Positions 52,974 to 63,395 of a stretch of 64,000 bases of DNA are shown here, one piece after another. The first letter of the stretch is position 1; every line of letters begins with the position of its first letter. Under the pieces are notes generated by a model. The model was not told the DNA's origin and ran no database searches. It saw only the letters and a list, made by a program, of their open reading frames with translations. A program made the position numbers and the translations under genes. This DNA comes from an uncultured Thermoleophilia bacterium (lineage in GTDB: Bacteria > Actinomycetota > Thermoleophilia > UBA2241), in NCBI GenBank assembly GCA_963702475.1, contig CAVPCT010000005.1, positions 448,001 through 512,000 on the forward strand, read 5' to 3'.

Positions 52974-55658
52974 ATGAGCACACGGAACCTGGACAAGCTC
53001 TTCGACCCGCGCAGCATCGCCGTCATCGGCGCTTCCAACAAGAAGGGGTCGGTCGGCTACATCCTGCTGCGCAACCTCATCGGCGCCGAGTACGACGGCA
53101 TCGTGTACCCGGTGAACGTGTCGGCGCAGTCGGTCCAGGGCATCCAGGCCTACGCCTCCATCAGCCAGGTGCCCCGCAAGATCGATCTGGCCGTCATCGC
53201 GGTGCCCGCCAAAGCCGTGCCCGAGACCATGCGCGAGTGCGGTGAGGCCGGCGTGGCCGGCGCCGTCATCGTCTCCTCGGGCTTCAAGGAGGTCGGCCGC
53301 GCGGGAAAGAAGCTCGAAGAAGAGGTGTGCGCCATCGCCGAGAGCTACGGCGTGCGCATCGTCGGGCCCAACTGCCTCGGCTACATCCGCCCGAACATGA
53401 ACCTCAACGTCACGTTCGCGCACGTCATCCCGCCGGCCGGGCGCGTGGCGTTCTTCAGCCAGTCGGGCGCGCTCGGCACCGCCATCCTGGACTGGGCGGC
53501 CGCCAACCACGTGGGGTTCTCCGCCTTCGTCAGCGTCGGCTCCATGGCCGACGTGGACTTCGGCGACCTCATCGACTACTTCGGCGCCGACGCCCACACC
53601 AGCAGCATCATCCTCTACATCGAGTCCATCACCGACGCGCGCAAGTTCATGAGCGCGGCGCGGCACTTCGCCAAGAGCAAGCCGATCATCGTCGTGAAGA
53701 GCGGCCGCACGGCGCGCAGCGCGCTGGCGGCCGCCAGCCACACCGGCGCCATCGCCGGCGACGACACGCTCTACAGCGCGGTGTTCCGCCGCGCCGGCGT
53801 CGTGCGCGTCGACGAGATCGAGGACCTGTTCGACGCCAGCGAGGCGCTCAGCCGCGTCAGCAGCCCGCGCGGGCCTCGCCTGGGCATCGTCACCAACGCC
53901 GGCGGCCCGGGCGTGATGGCCAGCGACTGCCTGCTCGGCCTCGGCGGCGAGCTCGCCGAGATCAGCCCCGAGACCGACGAGAAGCTGCAGGCCGCGCTGC
54001 CCGGCTTCGCCGCGCGCGGCAACCCCGTGGATGTGGGCGGCGACGCCCCGGCGCAGCGCTACGCCGAGGCCGCGCAGGCGCTCATCGACGACCCCAATTG
54101 CGACGGCGTGCTCGCCATCCTCACACCGCAGGCCATGAGCGACCCCACGTCCACGGCGCAGGCACTGGTCGATGTCGCCCGTACTCACCAGCTCAAGCCG
54201 CTCCTCACCTCGTTCATGGGCGAGATCAAGGTGGCAGAGGGTGTGGAGATCCTTCGCCACGCCCACGTGCCGACGTTCTCCACCCCGGAGGACGCGGTGC
54301 GCGCCTACATGTACATGTACCAGTACACGCGCAACCTGCAGAACCTCTACGAGACGCCGGCCGACATCCTGCCCGACTTCGAGCCCGCCCGCGACGAGGT
54401 CAAGAAGATCTTCATCCGCGTGGCCCGCGACGGCCGCTCCATCCTCAGCGAGGTCGAGGCGAAGGCCGTCCTGGAGGCGTACCAGATCCCCGTCGTGAAG
54501 ACGGTCGTTGCCACCTCCGCCGAGGAGTGCGCCAAGTGCGCGGAGGACATCGGCTTCCCCGTGGCCATCAAGATCCTCAGCCACGACATCACCCACAAGA
54601 GCGACGTGGGCGGCATCGCCCTCAACGTCCGTTCCGCACCCGAGGCGGCGAACCAGTTCACCAAGATCGTCGCCCGGGTCAAGGAGAAGGCTCCCGAGGC
54701 GAAGATCCTCGGCGTGGCGGTGCAGGAGATGAGCCGCGGCGGATACGAGGTCATCCTCGGCTCCAAGAAGGACCCCACCTTCGGCCCGGCCCTCATGTTC
54801 GGCATGGGCGGCACCGGCGTGGAGCTCTACCGCGACGTGGCGCTCGACTTCCCGCCGCTCAACCAGGCGCTGGCGAAGAGCATGATCCAGAGCACCAAGG
54901 TGTCCAAGCTGCTGGAGGGCTACCGCGGCAAGGAGCCCGTGGACATGATCGCCCTTGAGCAGGCACTGGTGAAGATGAGCTACCTGCTCGTGGATTTCCC
55001 CGAGATCCTCGAGATGGATGTGAACCCTTTGCAGGTGCGCACCGACGGCATCGTCGCCCTCGACGCGCGCCTGGTGATCGAGCCCAAGGACGTGCGCAAG
55101 ATCGTGCTGCCGGGCTCACATCTCATGATCTCCATGTACCCGAGCAAGTACGAGTGGGAGTTCCCGGTGGACGGGCACCCCGTGAAGATCCGCGCCATCA
55201 AGCCCGAGGACGAGCCCCTGTGGGCGGAGATGATCGAGTCCCTCTCCCCCGCTACGGCAGAGTACCGCTTCTTCGGTCCGGTCAAGGAAGTGACCAAGTC
55301 GATGCTGGTGCGCTACTGCCACATCGACTACGACCGTGAGATCGCCCTGGCGGCGGTGGAACAGCCCAAGGGCAAGCGCCAGAAGCGCATGCTCGGCGTG
55401 GCGCGGCTCAGCATCGAGACCGCCAACTCGGAAGAGGGCGAGTTCGCGATCCTCGTGCGCGACGACTGCCAGCGCAAGGGCATCGGCAGCAAGCTCATGG
55501 AGGCGCTCATCCAGGCCGCCCGCGACCGCCACGTGCGGGAGATCAACGGCGACGTGCTCGCCAAGAACCCCGGCATGACGCGCTTCGCCGAGGATCTGGG
55601 CTTCGACATCCGCCCCGGCAACGAGCCCGAGGTGCGCAAGCTGGTGCTGCGGCTCTAG
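52974..55658 (+). CDS. Acetate-CoA ligase family protein fused to a C-terminal GNAT domain (Pat/PatZ type)
   Basis: FDPRSIAVIGAS, GPNCLG, SQSGA, ASHTGA, HKSDVGG, then IRAIKPEDE, IDYDREIAL, EFAILVRD..QRKGIG. Confidence 0.92.
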   Translation: MSTRNLDKLFDPRSIAVIGASNKKGSVGYILLRNLIGAEYDGIVYPVNVSAQSVQGIQAYASISQVPRKIDLAVIAVPAKAVPETMRECGEAGVAGAVIVSSGFKEVGRAGKKLEEEVCAIAESYGVRIVGPNCLGYIRPNMNLNVTFAHVIPPAGRVAFFSQSGALGTAILDWAAANHVGFSAFVSVGSMADVDFGDLIDYFGADAHTSSIILYIESITDARKFMSAARHFAKSKPIIVVKSGRTARSALAAASHTGAIAGDDTLYSAVFRRAGVVRVDEIEDLFDASEALSRVSSPRGPRLGIVTNAGGPGVMASDCLLGLGGELAEISPETDEKLQAALPGFAARGNPVDVGGDAPAQRYAEAAQALIDDPNCDGVLAILTPQAMSDPTSTAQALVDVARTHQLKPLLTSFMGEIKVAEGVEILRHAHVPTFSTPEDAVRAYMYMYQYTRNLQNLYETPADILPDFEPARDEVKKIFIRVARDGRSILSEVEAKAVLEAYQIPVVKTVVATSAEECAKCAEDIGFPVAIKILSHDITHKSDVGGIALNVRSAPEAANQFTKIVARVKEKAPEAKILGVAVQEMSRGGYEVILGSKKDPTFGPALMFGMGGTGVELYRDVALDFPPLNQALAKSMIQSTKVSKLLEGYRGKEPVDMIALEQALVKMSYLLVDFPEILEMDVNPLQVRTDGIVALDARLVIEPKDVRKIVLPGSHLMISMYPSKYEWEFPVDGHPVKIRAIKPEDEPLWAEMIESLSPATAEYRFFGPVKEVTKSMLVRYCHIDYDREIALAAVEQPKGKRQKRMLGVARLSIETANSEEGEFAILVRDDCQRKGIGSKLMEALIQAARDRHVREINGDVLAKNPGMTRFAEDLGFDIRPGNEPEVRKLVLRL

Positions 55659-55679
55659 ACGGGAGTTCACGCCCCGACA

Positions 55680-55880
55680 GCTGGCCTCCGTTGTGCGCTC
55701 GAGGATGTGCCCGCCGGCGCCGATGCGCACGGAGTTTCGGCAGATGGTGCCAAGCTCGGCGATGAGGTCGGTCAGGCTGTAGGCAGGCAGCCCGTCCTCC
55801 GCGCCGGCGCCGCCCGCCTTGGCGGCCGCCGCCGGCGAGCGTGTGGCGATGGCCACCGGGGACGCGACCCGGGCGTACAC
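55680..55880 (-). mobile_element. Transposase C-terminal remnant (IS1634-like)
   Basis: SPVAIATRSPAAAAKA....EDGLPAYSLTDLIAELGTICRNSVRI resembles the PVAPA.RS..A..KA...DG.PVHSF..LL..L.T..RN end of actinobacterial IS1634 transposases. Confidence 0.55.
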
Positions 55881-55919
55881 TCCCTACCAGGATCCCCGCT
55901 GACGCCTCGAGGAGAGCCC

Positions 55920-57224
55920 CTGTCCGACGGAACGCGGAAGGCCGAAGCACACGCGCGCGATCAGACGCATCGCTCGGTCGTCCCGTTCGCGCTGCTCGAA
56001 GCCAGCGTCATCACCTCGGGGGCCGGCAACGGCGTCGCGGCCGTGGCGCTGCCTTGGCTCGTCCTCGAACGGACCGGAAACGCGGCGGCCGCCGGCGTCG
56101 TCGGCGCGGCAGCGGCCTTCCCCCTGCTGCTCAGCAGCCTCTTCTCCGGCTCTCTCGCCGACACGCTCGGCAGGCGCGCCACGTCGATCGTCGCCGACGT
56201 GTTCTCGGCGATCTCGGTCGCCGCCATCCCCTTCATCGACGCGACCATGGGGCTGGATCTGCCGCTCTTCGTGCTGCTCGTCGCCATCGGAGCGGTGTTC
56301 GATCCGGCCGGCGCCACGGCTCGAGAGGCCATGCTGCCGGACGTCGCCGCCCGAGCCGGCATGCGCCTTGAGCGTGCCAACGGCATCCACGAGGCGGCGT
56401 GGGGCGTGGCCTACATGGTCGGCCCGGGAGTGGGCGGGCTGCTCATCGCGACGGTCGGCGCGAGCGGGGCACTGTGGGCGACGTCGCTCACCTTCCTCGT
56501 GTCGGTGCTGCTCATCGCCTTCTTGCGCGCCCCCGGGGTCGGTCGCCCGGCGACCCACGAGCGGCCCTCGGGGATCGTCCGCGGCAGCCTGGAGGGTCTC
56601 TCCTTCGTGTGGCGCGACCGGGTGCTGCGAGCGCTCACCGTCCTGACGATGGTGATCGTGGCGATCTACCTGCCGATCGAAGGCGTCATCCTCCCGGTGG
56701 TCTACGAGGCGCAGGGCGCGGCGGGCCGCCTCGGCGGCACGCTCATGGCGCTGAGCGCCGGCGGGGTGGCCGGATCGCTCCTCTACGGCGCCGTGGCCCA
56801 GAAGCTCTCACGCCGGGCCGTCTTCGTGGGCTCGCTGATCGGCGCCGCGCTGGCAATCCTCGCGATGTCGCTCCTGCCCCCGTTTCCGCTGCTCATCGTC
56901 GCCGCCGCCCTGGCCGGCTTCTTCTGGGGACCCTTCGGACCGCTGCTCAACCTCCGCATGCAGACGTTCACGCCGCCCTCCATGCGCGGCCGGGTGCTGG
57001 GCGTCCTCATCGCATCGGAGTACGCCGCCGGGCCGCTGGGCTACCTGCTGGTCGGATGGCTGGCGGCTCGCCTTGGACCCGAGACGGTCTTCCTCGGTAC
57101 CGGCATCCTCATGGTCGCCACCTGCCTGGGATTCGCGGCGCTGCCGACGCTCAAGCACCTCGACGACGAGGGACCGTACAGTGCCGCGCTCCAGCCACCG
57201 GACATCAAGCCGCCGGCAGTGTGA
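55920..57224 (+). CDS. MFS transporter
   Basis: About 12 TM helices, GSLADTLGRR motif A, MRGRVLG; start uncertain (CTG at 55920 follows GAGGAG). Confidence 0.88.
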   Translation: MSDGTRKAEAHARDQTHRSVVPFALLEASVITSGAGNGVAAVALPWLVLERTGNAAAAGVVGAAAAFPLLLSSLFSGSLADTLGRRATSIVADVFSAISVAAIPFIDATMGLDLPLFVLLVAIGAVFDPAGATAREAMLPDVAARAGMRLERANGIHEAAWGVAYMVGPGVGGLLIATVGASGALWATSLTFLVSVLLIAFLRAPGVGRPATHERPSGIVRGSLEGLSFVWRDRVLRALTVLTMVIVAIYLPIEGVILPVVYEAQGAAGRLGGTLMALSAGGVAGSLLYGAVAQKLSRRAVFVGSLIGAALAILAMSLLPPFPLLIVAAALAGFFWGPFGPLLNLRMQTFTPPSMRGRVLGVLIASEYAAGPLGYLLVGWLAARLGPETVFLGTGILMVATCLGFAALPTLKHLDDEGPYSAALQPPDIKPPAV

Positions 57225-57393
57225 CCTCAGCGCCGAGCCGGGACGACTCCAGCGCGAGGCCGCGCGCGGGTCAGGCAGAGCACCACGGCCACGTGCCGGC
57301 AGGGCAACGAGCGCTCCACGGCAGGACCTTCGCCTGGGTCGACGACCCGGCGTCCGCGCCGCCACCTCAGGTCCGAGGACGCGGCGGCGGCCC

Positions 57394-59715
57394 TCACTCG
57401 GGCGTTGCCGGCAGATGCAGCAGCGTCTCCGTGATCGCCGCGTCGCCGATGCGGCCGGGGAGCATGCCGGCCGGCCGGGCCGGGTGCTGCCCGGCGGCGC
57501 CGGCCGGCAGGCCGTACGTGAGGTCGACCGCACGGAGCAGGACCGGGGGCCCGGTCGCGAAACTCAGCGTGACCTCCACGCCCGCGGACGGCGGGTCGTA
57601 GAAGTCGAACGACCAGCGCACCGTCGTGCCGTCGAGGAGTGTGGTGTCCTTGCCGGCGAGCGCGTGGCCGTCCACGCTCGCCGAGAGGTGACCGACCACG
57701 GTGTGGACGAGCAGGCTGACCGCGGCCGCGTCGCGGCGGCTGCGCAGGCGCAGCACCACCGTACGGCGGTCGCCCTCCACCGTGTCGGACACCACGCGGA
57801 GGGCAGGGGGCCGCAGCCCGTACCGCGGGGCGGCGCCCACCAGCGTGGCCTGGGTTCCCATCATCGGGAAGTAGGAGTCAGTGAACGGCGAGGAGAGACG
57901 CTCGTTGAGGAACGGGCGCGTGTACCGGTCCACGGGATCGAGCGTCTGCCACACGGTCCTGCCCTCGGCCTCCGCCCGGTAGTACACGCTCGTGGACTTC
58001 GGGTGCTCGCTGCTGAACGCCACGGTGGAGCCGGCGGCGAACAGGACCACCACACCGGCCGCGCCCAGAGCTGCGGGCAGCCAGAGCCTGAAGGCCCGCA
58101 CGACGACGGCCATGGGCAGCACCAGCAGGCCTGCCAGCATCCAGACACAGAGCACGGTGACGACCTGCTTGAGCCCGGCCGACATCAGCAGCAGGTAGGT
58201 GGCCGAACTGAGCAGGAGCAGGCCCGGCGTCGCGCCGGCGAGGGCGACGAGAGCCGGGCCGGCGCCGATCGCCCGGGGCTCGGCGCCGCGGCGGAGCAGC
58301 AGCACCGCGGCGCCGAGCCCCACCGCCCCGCCGACGAGCGGCCAGGCGAGCAGGTAGCTCGCCGCCGGCACCGTGACCAGCACGGCGGCGGCGGCGGCCA
58401 GCCACGACCCCAGCCCGGCGAACGCGAGGTCCCAGGGCCGCAGGCGCCGTAGCAGTAGCGCGTAGACGGCCAGGACGACGGAGGTCGCGAGCAGCACCAA
58501 TCCGAGCCGGTAGGCGTCGCTGATGACGACTCCCGTGTCGGTCCACACGCGCTGCTCGTACGCCGTGCTGTACATGGTCCAGACGATGGCCATGAGGAGC
58601 AGCGAGACGCCCAGCGCAGCTGCGGTCCCCAGCGCCGACCAGGCGAGGCCCGTGAGCGTGAGCAGGCGACGCCGAACGGCGAGCACGACCGCCGCTGCGA
58701 ACAGCGCCGCGGCTGCCAAGCAGAGGGGCAGCGCCCAGCTGAGCGGGTAGTACACCGCCTCGCCGGCCACCACATCGAAGGCCACGAGATCGGGGGCGCG
58801 CACGTGCCACAGATCCATGTCGCCGAGGCGGCGGGCCAGCGCGAGGGCGGTCTCCCCCTCGTGCTGCAGGCCCGCCTCGTGCAGGTTGGCGAGCGAGTCG
58901 TAGGCGGTGTGGTCGTAGCCGGGACCGTCGAGCATGCCGAAGCTCATGCCGGGGATGCCGCGCCGCAGAAACGCGCGGAAGTCGGTGACGAGAGGCCGGC
59001 GGCGCGAGACCTCGTACATGAGCGACGACGTGTACGGCTGCGCCGCGGACTCGATGAGGGCCCGCACCAGCACGCCGTCGCCGGGGCTCACCTCGTACAT
59101 GAGGGCCGGCGACGACGACCCGGCGTTGTCGAAGTTCAGAGCCACGGCGGTGCCGAAGGCCCAGGCGTCGTCGCGCAGGAAGGCCTGGGCGCCGAGCAAC
59201 CCGCGCTCCTCGCCGTCGGTGAACAGGAAGATGACGTCGTTGCGCGGCGGCGGACCGGCGCGCAACGCCCGCGCCACCTCGAGCAACGTGACGACGCCGC
59301 TACCGTCGTCGGCGGCGCCGGGCGCCGTGGGCACGGAGTCGTAGTGTGCCATGAGGAGCAGCGCCCGCGAGGTGTCGCGGCCCGGCAGCCGGCCGGCGAC
59401 GTTGTGCACGACGCCGGCCACCCGCGGATCCGAGGCGGAGACGACCTCGGCCGTCTGGATGTGCGGGCCGAGGTCGAGCTCCCGCAGACGCTCGTAGATG
59501 AGGTCGCGGGCGCGCGCCGCCTGTGCGGAGCCGATGGGCCGCGGCTCCGCGGCGATCCGCCTCAGCGACTCCATCGCCCGCGCCGAGGAGAACTCCCCGG
59601 CCGGCGCCGACGCCGGCCTCGGGCGCGGGGCGTCGAACGGCGTGACGGCGATCACGACGACGAGGACGACGAGGCCGGCCAGCAGCCCCGCCAGCAGGTA
59701 CTTCCGGACGCCCAC
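57394..59715 (-). CDS. Membrane-bound M28 family peptidase (ERMP1-like)
   Basis: LMAHYDSV...PGAADDGSGV, FTDGEERGLLGA, TDF, HT.YD, followed by many TM helices. Confidence 0.9.
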   Translation of the reverse strand: MGVRKYLLAGLLAGLVVLVVVIAVTPFDAPRPRPASAPAGEFSSARAMESLRRIAAEPRPIGSAQAARARDLIYERLRELDLGPHIQTAEVVSASDPRVAGVVHNVAGRLPGRDTSRALLLMAHYDSVPTAPGAADDGSGVVTLLEVARALRAGPPPRNDVIFLFTDGEERGLLGAQAFLRDDAWAFGTAVALNFDNAGSSSPALMYEVSPGDGVLVRALIESAAQPYTSSLMYEVSRRRPLVTDFRAFLRRGIPGMSFGMLDGPGYDHTAYDSLANLHEAGLQHEGETALALARRLGDMDLWHVRAPDLVAFDVVAGEAVYYPLSWALPLCLAAAALFAAAVVLAVRRRLLTLTGLAWSALGTAAALGVSLLLMAIVWTMYSTAYEQRVWTDTGVVISDAYRLGLVLLATSVVLAVYALLLRRLRPWDLAFAGLGSWLAAAAAVLVTVPAASYLLAWPLVGGAVGLGAAVLLLRRGAEPRAIGAGPALVALAGATPGLLLLSSATYLLLMSAGLKQVVTVLCVWMLAGLLVLPMAVVVRAFRLWLPAALGAAGVVVLFAAGSTVAFSSEHPKSTSVYYRAEAEGRTVWQTLDPVDRYTRPFLNERLSSPFTDSYFPMMGTQATLVGAAPRYGLRPPALRVVSDTVEGDRRTVVLRLRSRRDAAAVSLLVHTVVGHLSASVDGHALAGKDTTLLDGTTVRWSFDFYDPPSAGVEVTLSFATGPPVLLRAVDLTYGLPAGAAGQHPARPAGMLPGRIGDAAITETLLHLPATPE

Positions 59716-59798
59716 ACCCTCACTGTAGCCGCGAGGGATCTGTTTGCAACAAGCACCTGGGCGGCGCAGACTGTCGCCATGGCAGAGGGGACCTCACC

Positions 59799-60674
59799 GT
59801 GGTGAGCGCCGGTCGGCCGGCGCTGCCGGGCTCGTTCATCGACGCCGCCGGGACCCGCCTGCACGTGGTGCGAGCAGGCACCGGCCCGGCGCTGGTCTAT
59901 GTCCACGGGGCCAAAGGCTCGTTCCTGGACTTCACGCTCTCCCTCGAGCCCCGGCTCGCGCAGACGTACACGACCGTGGCGATCGACCGGCCGGGCTCCG
60001 GGTACAGCGGCAGGCCCCCCGGGGCCGACAACTCGCCCCCGCGGCAGGCGGCGGTGCTGCGGGCGGCCGCGGCGGAGCTCGGGCTCAGGCGGCCGCTGCT
60101 CGTCGGCCACTCGCTGGGGGCCGCCGTGGCGCTGGCCTGGGCGCTCGACGACCCCGACGGCATCGCGGCGGTGGTCACCCTCGGCGGGTGGGTGCTCCCT
60201 GTGGGCGGCCCGCCCCCGTGGTTCGACGCGCTCGTGCGCTCCCGCACCGTCGCGCGCCTGACGGGCCGGCTGGGCCGCTCCCGCCTCGGCCGGCCCCTGG
60301 TGGACGCCATGCTGCGGCGGGCGTTCACGCCCGGCTCGGCGCCCGCCGACTACGCCCGCCTGGCGCCGCCGCTGGCCGTGGCAGACGCCAACATCGCGTG
60401 GGACGGCGCCGACCACCGCTCGGCCCGGGCCGGCCTCGCGGCGCTGGCGCCGCGCTACTCCGGCCTCGGCGTGCCGCTGGTGATCGTCGTCGGCGACGGG
60501 GACCGCATGGTGCCGCCGACGGTCTCCGAGCGCCTGCACGCGCTCGTCCCGGGCTCCGAGCTGGTGCGCATCCCCAGCGCCGGCCACATGCCGCAGTTCA
60601 CGGCGCCGGATGCGGTGCTCGCGGCCATCGACAGGGCCGCCGCGCTCGGCGGCGTCCGCGCGACTGCGGGATGA
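59799..60674 (+). CDS. Alpha/beta hydrolase
   Basis: VHG, DRPGSGYS, GHSLG nucleophile elbow, GD.D, AGHM. Confidence 0.9.
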   Translation: MVSAGRPALPGSFIDAAGTRLHVVRAGTGPALVYVHGAKGSFLDFTLSLEPRLAQTYTTVAIDRPGSGYSGRPPGADNSPPRQAAVLRAAAAELGLRRPLLVGHSLGAAVALAWALDDPDGIAAVVTLGGWVLPVGGPPPWFDALVRSRTVARLTGRLGRSRLGRPLVDAMLRRAFTPGSAPADYARLAPPLAVADANIAWDGADHRSARAGLAALAPRYSGLGVPLVIVVGDGDRMVPPTVSERLHALVPGSELVRIPSAGHMPQFTAPDAVLAAIDRAAALGGVRATAG

Positions 60675-60750
60675 CCGGCCGGCGGCGCCGGCAGGGGCGA
60701 CGCGCCGCACACGTTTGCTTCTGTCCGCCCCGCGGCGTAGCATCCGAGCC

Positions 60751-61020
60751 GGTCGCGCTAGGCGGGGAGCCAGCGGTGCCCTGTACCCGCAATCCGCTAC
60801 AGCGGGGCTGAATCCCCGCCCGAGGGGCCGTCCCGCGAGGCTGTCAGCCGGTGTGTGGCGTTGACGGTCGGGTCCTGCGCAATGGAACCCTGCGAACCCC
60901 GTCAGGTCCGGGAGGAAGCAGCGGTAAGTAGGCCATTCCATGTGCCGCAGGGTCGCCTGACCCGAGCTTGCGCCCGGCGAGGACGCTCGGAGGACGCGCT
61001 TCGACGGCGGGTGCGCGGCC
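60751..61020 (+). ncRNA. ffs: Signal recognition particle RNA, large (Alu-containing) type
   Basis: 5' GCTAGGCGGGGAGCCAGCGGTGCCCTGTACCCGCAATCCGCT Alu domain; helix 8 GTCAGGTCCGGGAGGAAGCAGC; 5' and 3' ends pair; lies upstream of dnaX. Confidence 0.92.
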
Positions 61021-61061
61021 ATTTTCTCGTTCTCTGACGACCGCGGAGGTAGCGCCGCAGC

Positions 61062-61901
61062 ATGGACCGCCCGCCCGACGCGCCCCGGCCCGACGCGCCC
61101 CAGGCGGACCGCGACCCGCTGGCCTACCACGACGCCGGCTTCATCGACAGTGACGAGGGCCGCCCGCTCCGCATCCTGGCGGAGTACCTGCGCCCACTCG
61201 GCGCGTTCCGCCGCCGGCGCGTCCACGACACCATCGTCTTCTTCGGCTCCGCCCGCATCACCGAGGACGGCCCCTTGGGCGAGTACCACACCGGGGCGCG
61301 AGAGCTCGCCCGCCGGGTAACGGAGTGGTCCGACGGGCTCAGGAGCCCTGCCCAGCGGTACCTCGTCTGCACAGGTGGAGGCCCCGGGATCATGGAAGCC
61401 GCCAACCGCGGCGCGCAGGAGGCCGGTGGCCGCTCGATCGGCCTCAACATCGGCCTGCCGCACGAGCAGCGCCCCAACGCGTTCATCACGCCGGGGCTCT
61501 CGTTCGAGTTCCGCTACTTCTTCATGCGAAAGCTGTGGTTCGCCTACGTCGCCCGGGCGATCATCGTGTTCCCGGGCGGGTTCGGCACCCTCGACGAGCT
61601 GTTCGAGTTCCTCACCCTGTCGCAAACGGGCAAGATCGACCCGCCTCCCGCCACGCTGCTCTACGGCACACGGTACTGGAACGAGATCGTGGACTTCGAC
61701 GCCCTGGCCCGTCACGGCATGGTCGATGCCGCCGACCTCAGGCTCCTGCACTTCGTCGACACGCCGGCGGAGGCGATGGCCGTGCTGCGCAGCCGTCTGC
61801 GGCCGCAGGACGAGGCCGAGCCCGCGCCGGCGATCGCGCGGTCGGTCACGCCGGAGGACGAGTGCGCAACCTGTGGCCCGGAGAAGGAGGAGCGCCGATG
61901 A
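61062..61901 (+). CDS. LOG family protein (TIGR00730-like)
   Basis: FFGSAR, TGGGPGIMEAANRGA, YFFMRK, FPGGFGTLDELFE. Confidence 0.92.
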   Translation: MDRPPDAPRPDAPQADRDPLAYHDAGFIDSDEGRPLRILAEYLRPLGAFRRRRVHDTIVFFGSARITEDGPLGEYHTGARELARRVTEWSDGLRSPAQRYLVCTGGGPGIMEAANRGAQEAGGRSIGLNIGLPHEQRPNAFITPGLSFEFRYFFMRKLWFAYVARAIIVFPGGFGTLDELFEFLTLSQTGKIDPPPATLLYGTRYWNEIVDFDALARHGMVDAADLRLLHFVDTPAEAMAVLRSRLRPQDEAEPAPAIARSVTPEDECATCGPEKEERR

Positions 61902-63367
61902 GGGTGAGCCCGGACGAGCAGCGCGACCTGCTGGCGCGCGTCGCGCGCGAGGCGATGATCGAGTACGGACTCGAGCCGGAGCTCCCGCCCCGTGCGGTGG
62001 CCGAGGCGAGCGCACTGCCCGAGGTCTCGCCCGACGGCACGGGGGCCGCCGACCTCCGCGGCCTTCACTGGTGCTCCATCGACAACGACGACTCCCTGGA
62101 CCTCGACCAGCTCACCGTCGCCGAGGGTGAGACGGGCGGCGGCGTCCGGGTCCTCGTGGCCATCGCCGACGTCAGCGCGACGGTGCAGCCGGGCACGGCG
62201 ATCGACGCGCACGCCGGCGTCAACACCACCTCCGTCTACACGCCGGCGCGCATCTTCCCCATGCTTCCGGAGCGCCTGAGCACGGATCTCACGTCGCTCA
62301 ACGCCGGCGAGGACCGCCTGGCGATCGTCGTCGGCATCACCGTCGGCGACGACGGCGACGTGGTGGCGGAAGAAGTCCGCCGGGCCCTCGTGCACAACCG
62401 CGCCAAGCTCGCCTACCCCTCGCTCGGCGCCTGGCTGCAGGGAGAAGCCGACATGCCGCCCGCGCTGGCCGCCGTCCCCGGCCTGGCCGAGAACCTGCGG
62501 CTGCAGGACGCGGTGGCGCAGCGGCTGCGAGCGCGCCGCCGTGACCAGGGCGCGCTCGACCTCGAGACGCTCGAGGTCAAAGCGCGCTTCGACGGCGGCG
62601 CCGTCAGCGGCCTCGTCGTCGAGCCGCGCGACCGCGCCAAGGAGCTCATCGAGGACTTCATGATCGCCGCCAACGGCGTCGTGGCCCGGTACCTCGCCGG
62701 CAAACGGTTCCCGGTGCTGCGTCGCGTGGTGCACGAGCCGCAGCGGTGGCCGCGCATCGTCGACCTCGCCGACGCGCACGGCTTCATCCTCCCCGAGGAG
62801 CCCGACGCGCCGTCGCTCAACGCGTTCCTGCAGCAACGGCGCGCGGCCGACCCGGAGCGGTTTCCAGACCTCTCGCTCGCCATCGTCAAGCTGCTGGGCA
62901 GCGGCGTGTACGAGGCGACCCGGCCGGGGGAGCCCATCGACGGCCACTTCGGCCTCGCCGTGACCCACTACGCGCACTCCACAGCGCCGAACCGGCGCTA
63001 CCCGGACCTGATCACCCAGCGCCTGGTCAAGGCGGCGCTCGCCGGAGCCCCGAGCCCGTACAGCGGCGAGCGGCTGGCGGAGCTCGCCGACCACTGCACG
63101 CGCCAGGAGGACCAGGCGCAGAAGGTGGAGCGGCGCGTGCGTAAGTCGGCCGCCGCCTGCTTTCTGGCCGAGCACGTCGGCGACGAGTTCGACGGCTTCG
63201 TCACCGGTGCGAGCCCCAAGGGCACCTGGGCGCGCACCGTCGATCCTCCCGTGGAGGGCCGCATCGTCGAAGGGGCGGACGACCTGGATGTCGGCGACGC
63301 GGTGCGCGTGAGGCTCGTGGATGCCGACCCGGAGCGTGGGTACATCGACTTCGCGGTCCTCCCCTGA
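61898..63367 (+). CDS. RNB domain ribonuclease (RNase II/R family, short form)
   Basis: SIDNDDSLDLDQ, VAIADV, TSVY, LIEDFMIAAN, HFGLA...Y.HSTAPNRRYPDL; ATGA overlap. Confidence 0.9.
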   Translation: MRVSPDEQRDLLARVAREAMIEYGLEPELPPRAVAEASALPEVSPDGTGAADLRGLHWCSIDNDDSLDLDQLTVAEGETGGGVRVLVAIADVSATVQPGTAIDAHAGVNTTSVYTPARIFPMLPERLSTDLTSLNAGEDRLAIVVGITVGDDGDVVAEEVRRALVHNRAKLAYPSLGAWLQGEADMPPALAAVPGLAENLRLQDAVAQRLRARRRDQGALDLETLEVKARFDGGAVSGLVVEPRDRAKELIEDFMIAANGVVARYLAGKRFPVLRRVVHEPQRWPRIVDLADAHGFILPEEPDAPSLNAFLQQRRAADPERFPDLSLAIVKLLGSGVYEATRPGEPIDGHFGLAVTHYAHSTAPNRRYPDLITQRLVKAALAGAPSPYSGERLAELADHCTRQEDQAQKVERRVRKSAAACFLAEHVGDEFDGFVTGASPKGTWARTVDPPVEGRIVEGADDLDVGDAVRVRLVDADPERGYIDFAVLP

Positions 63368-63395
63368 GCGCCGCACGGGGTACACTAGCCATCCC

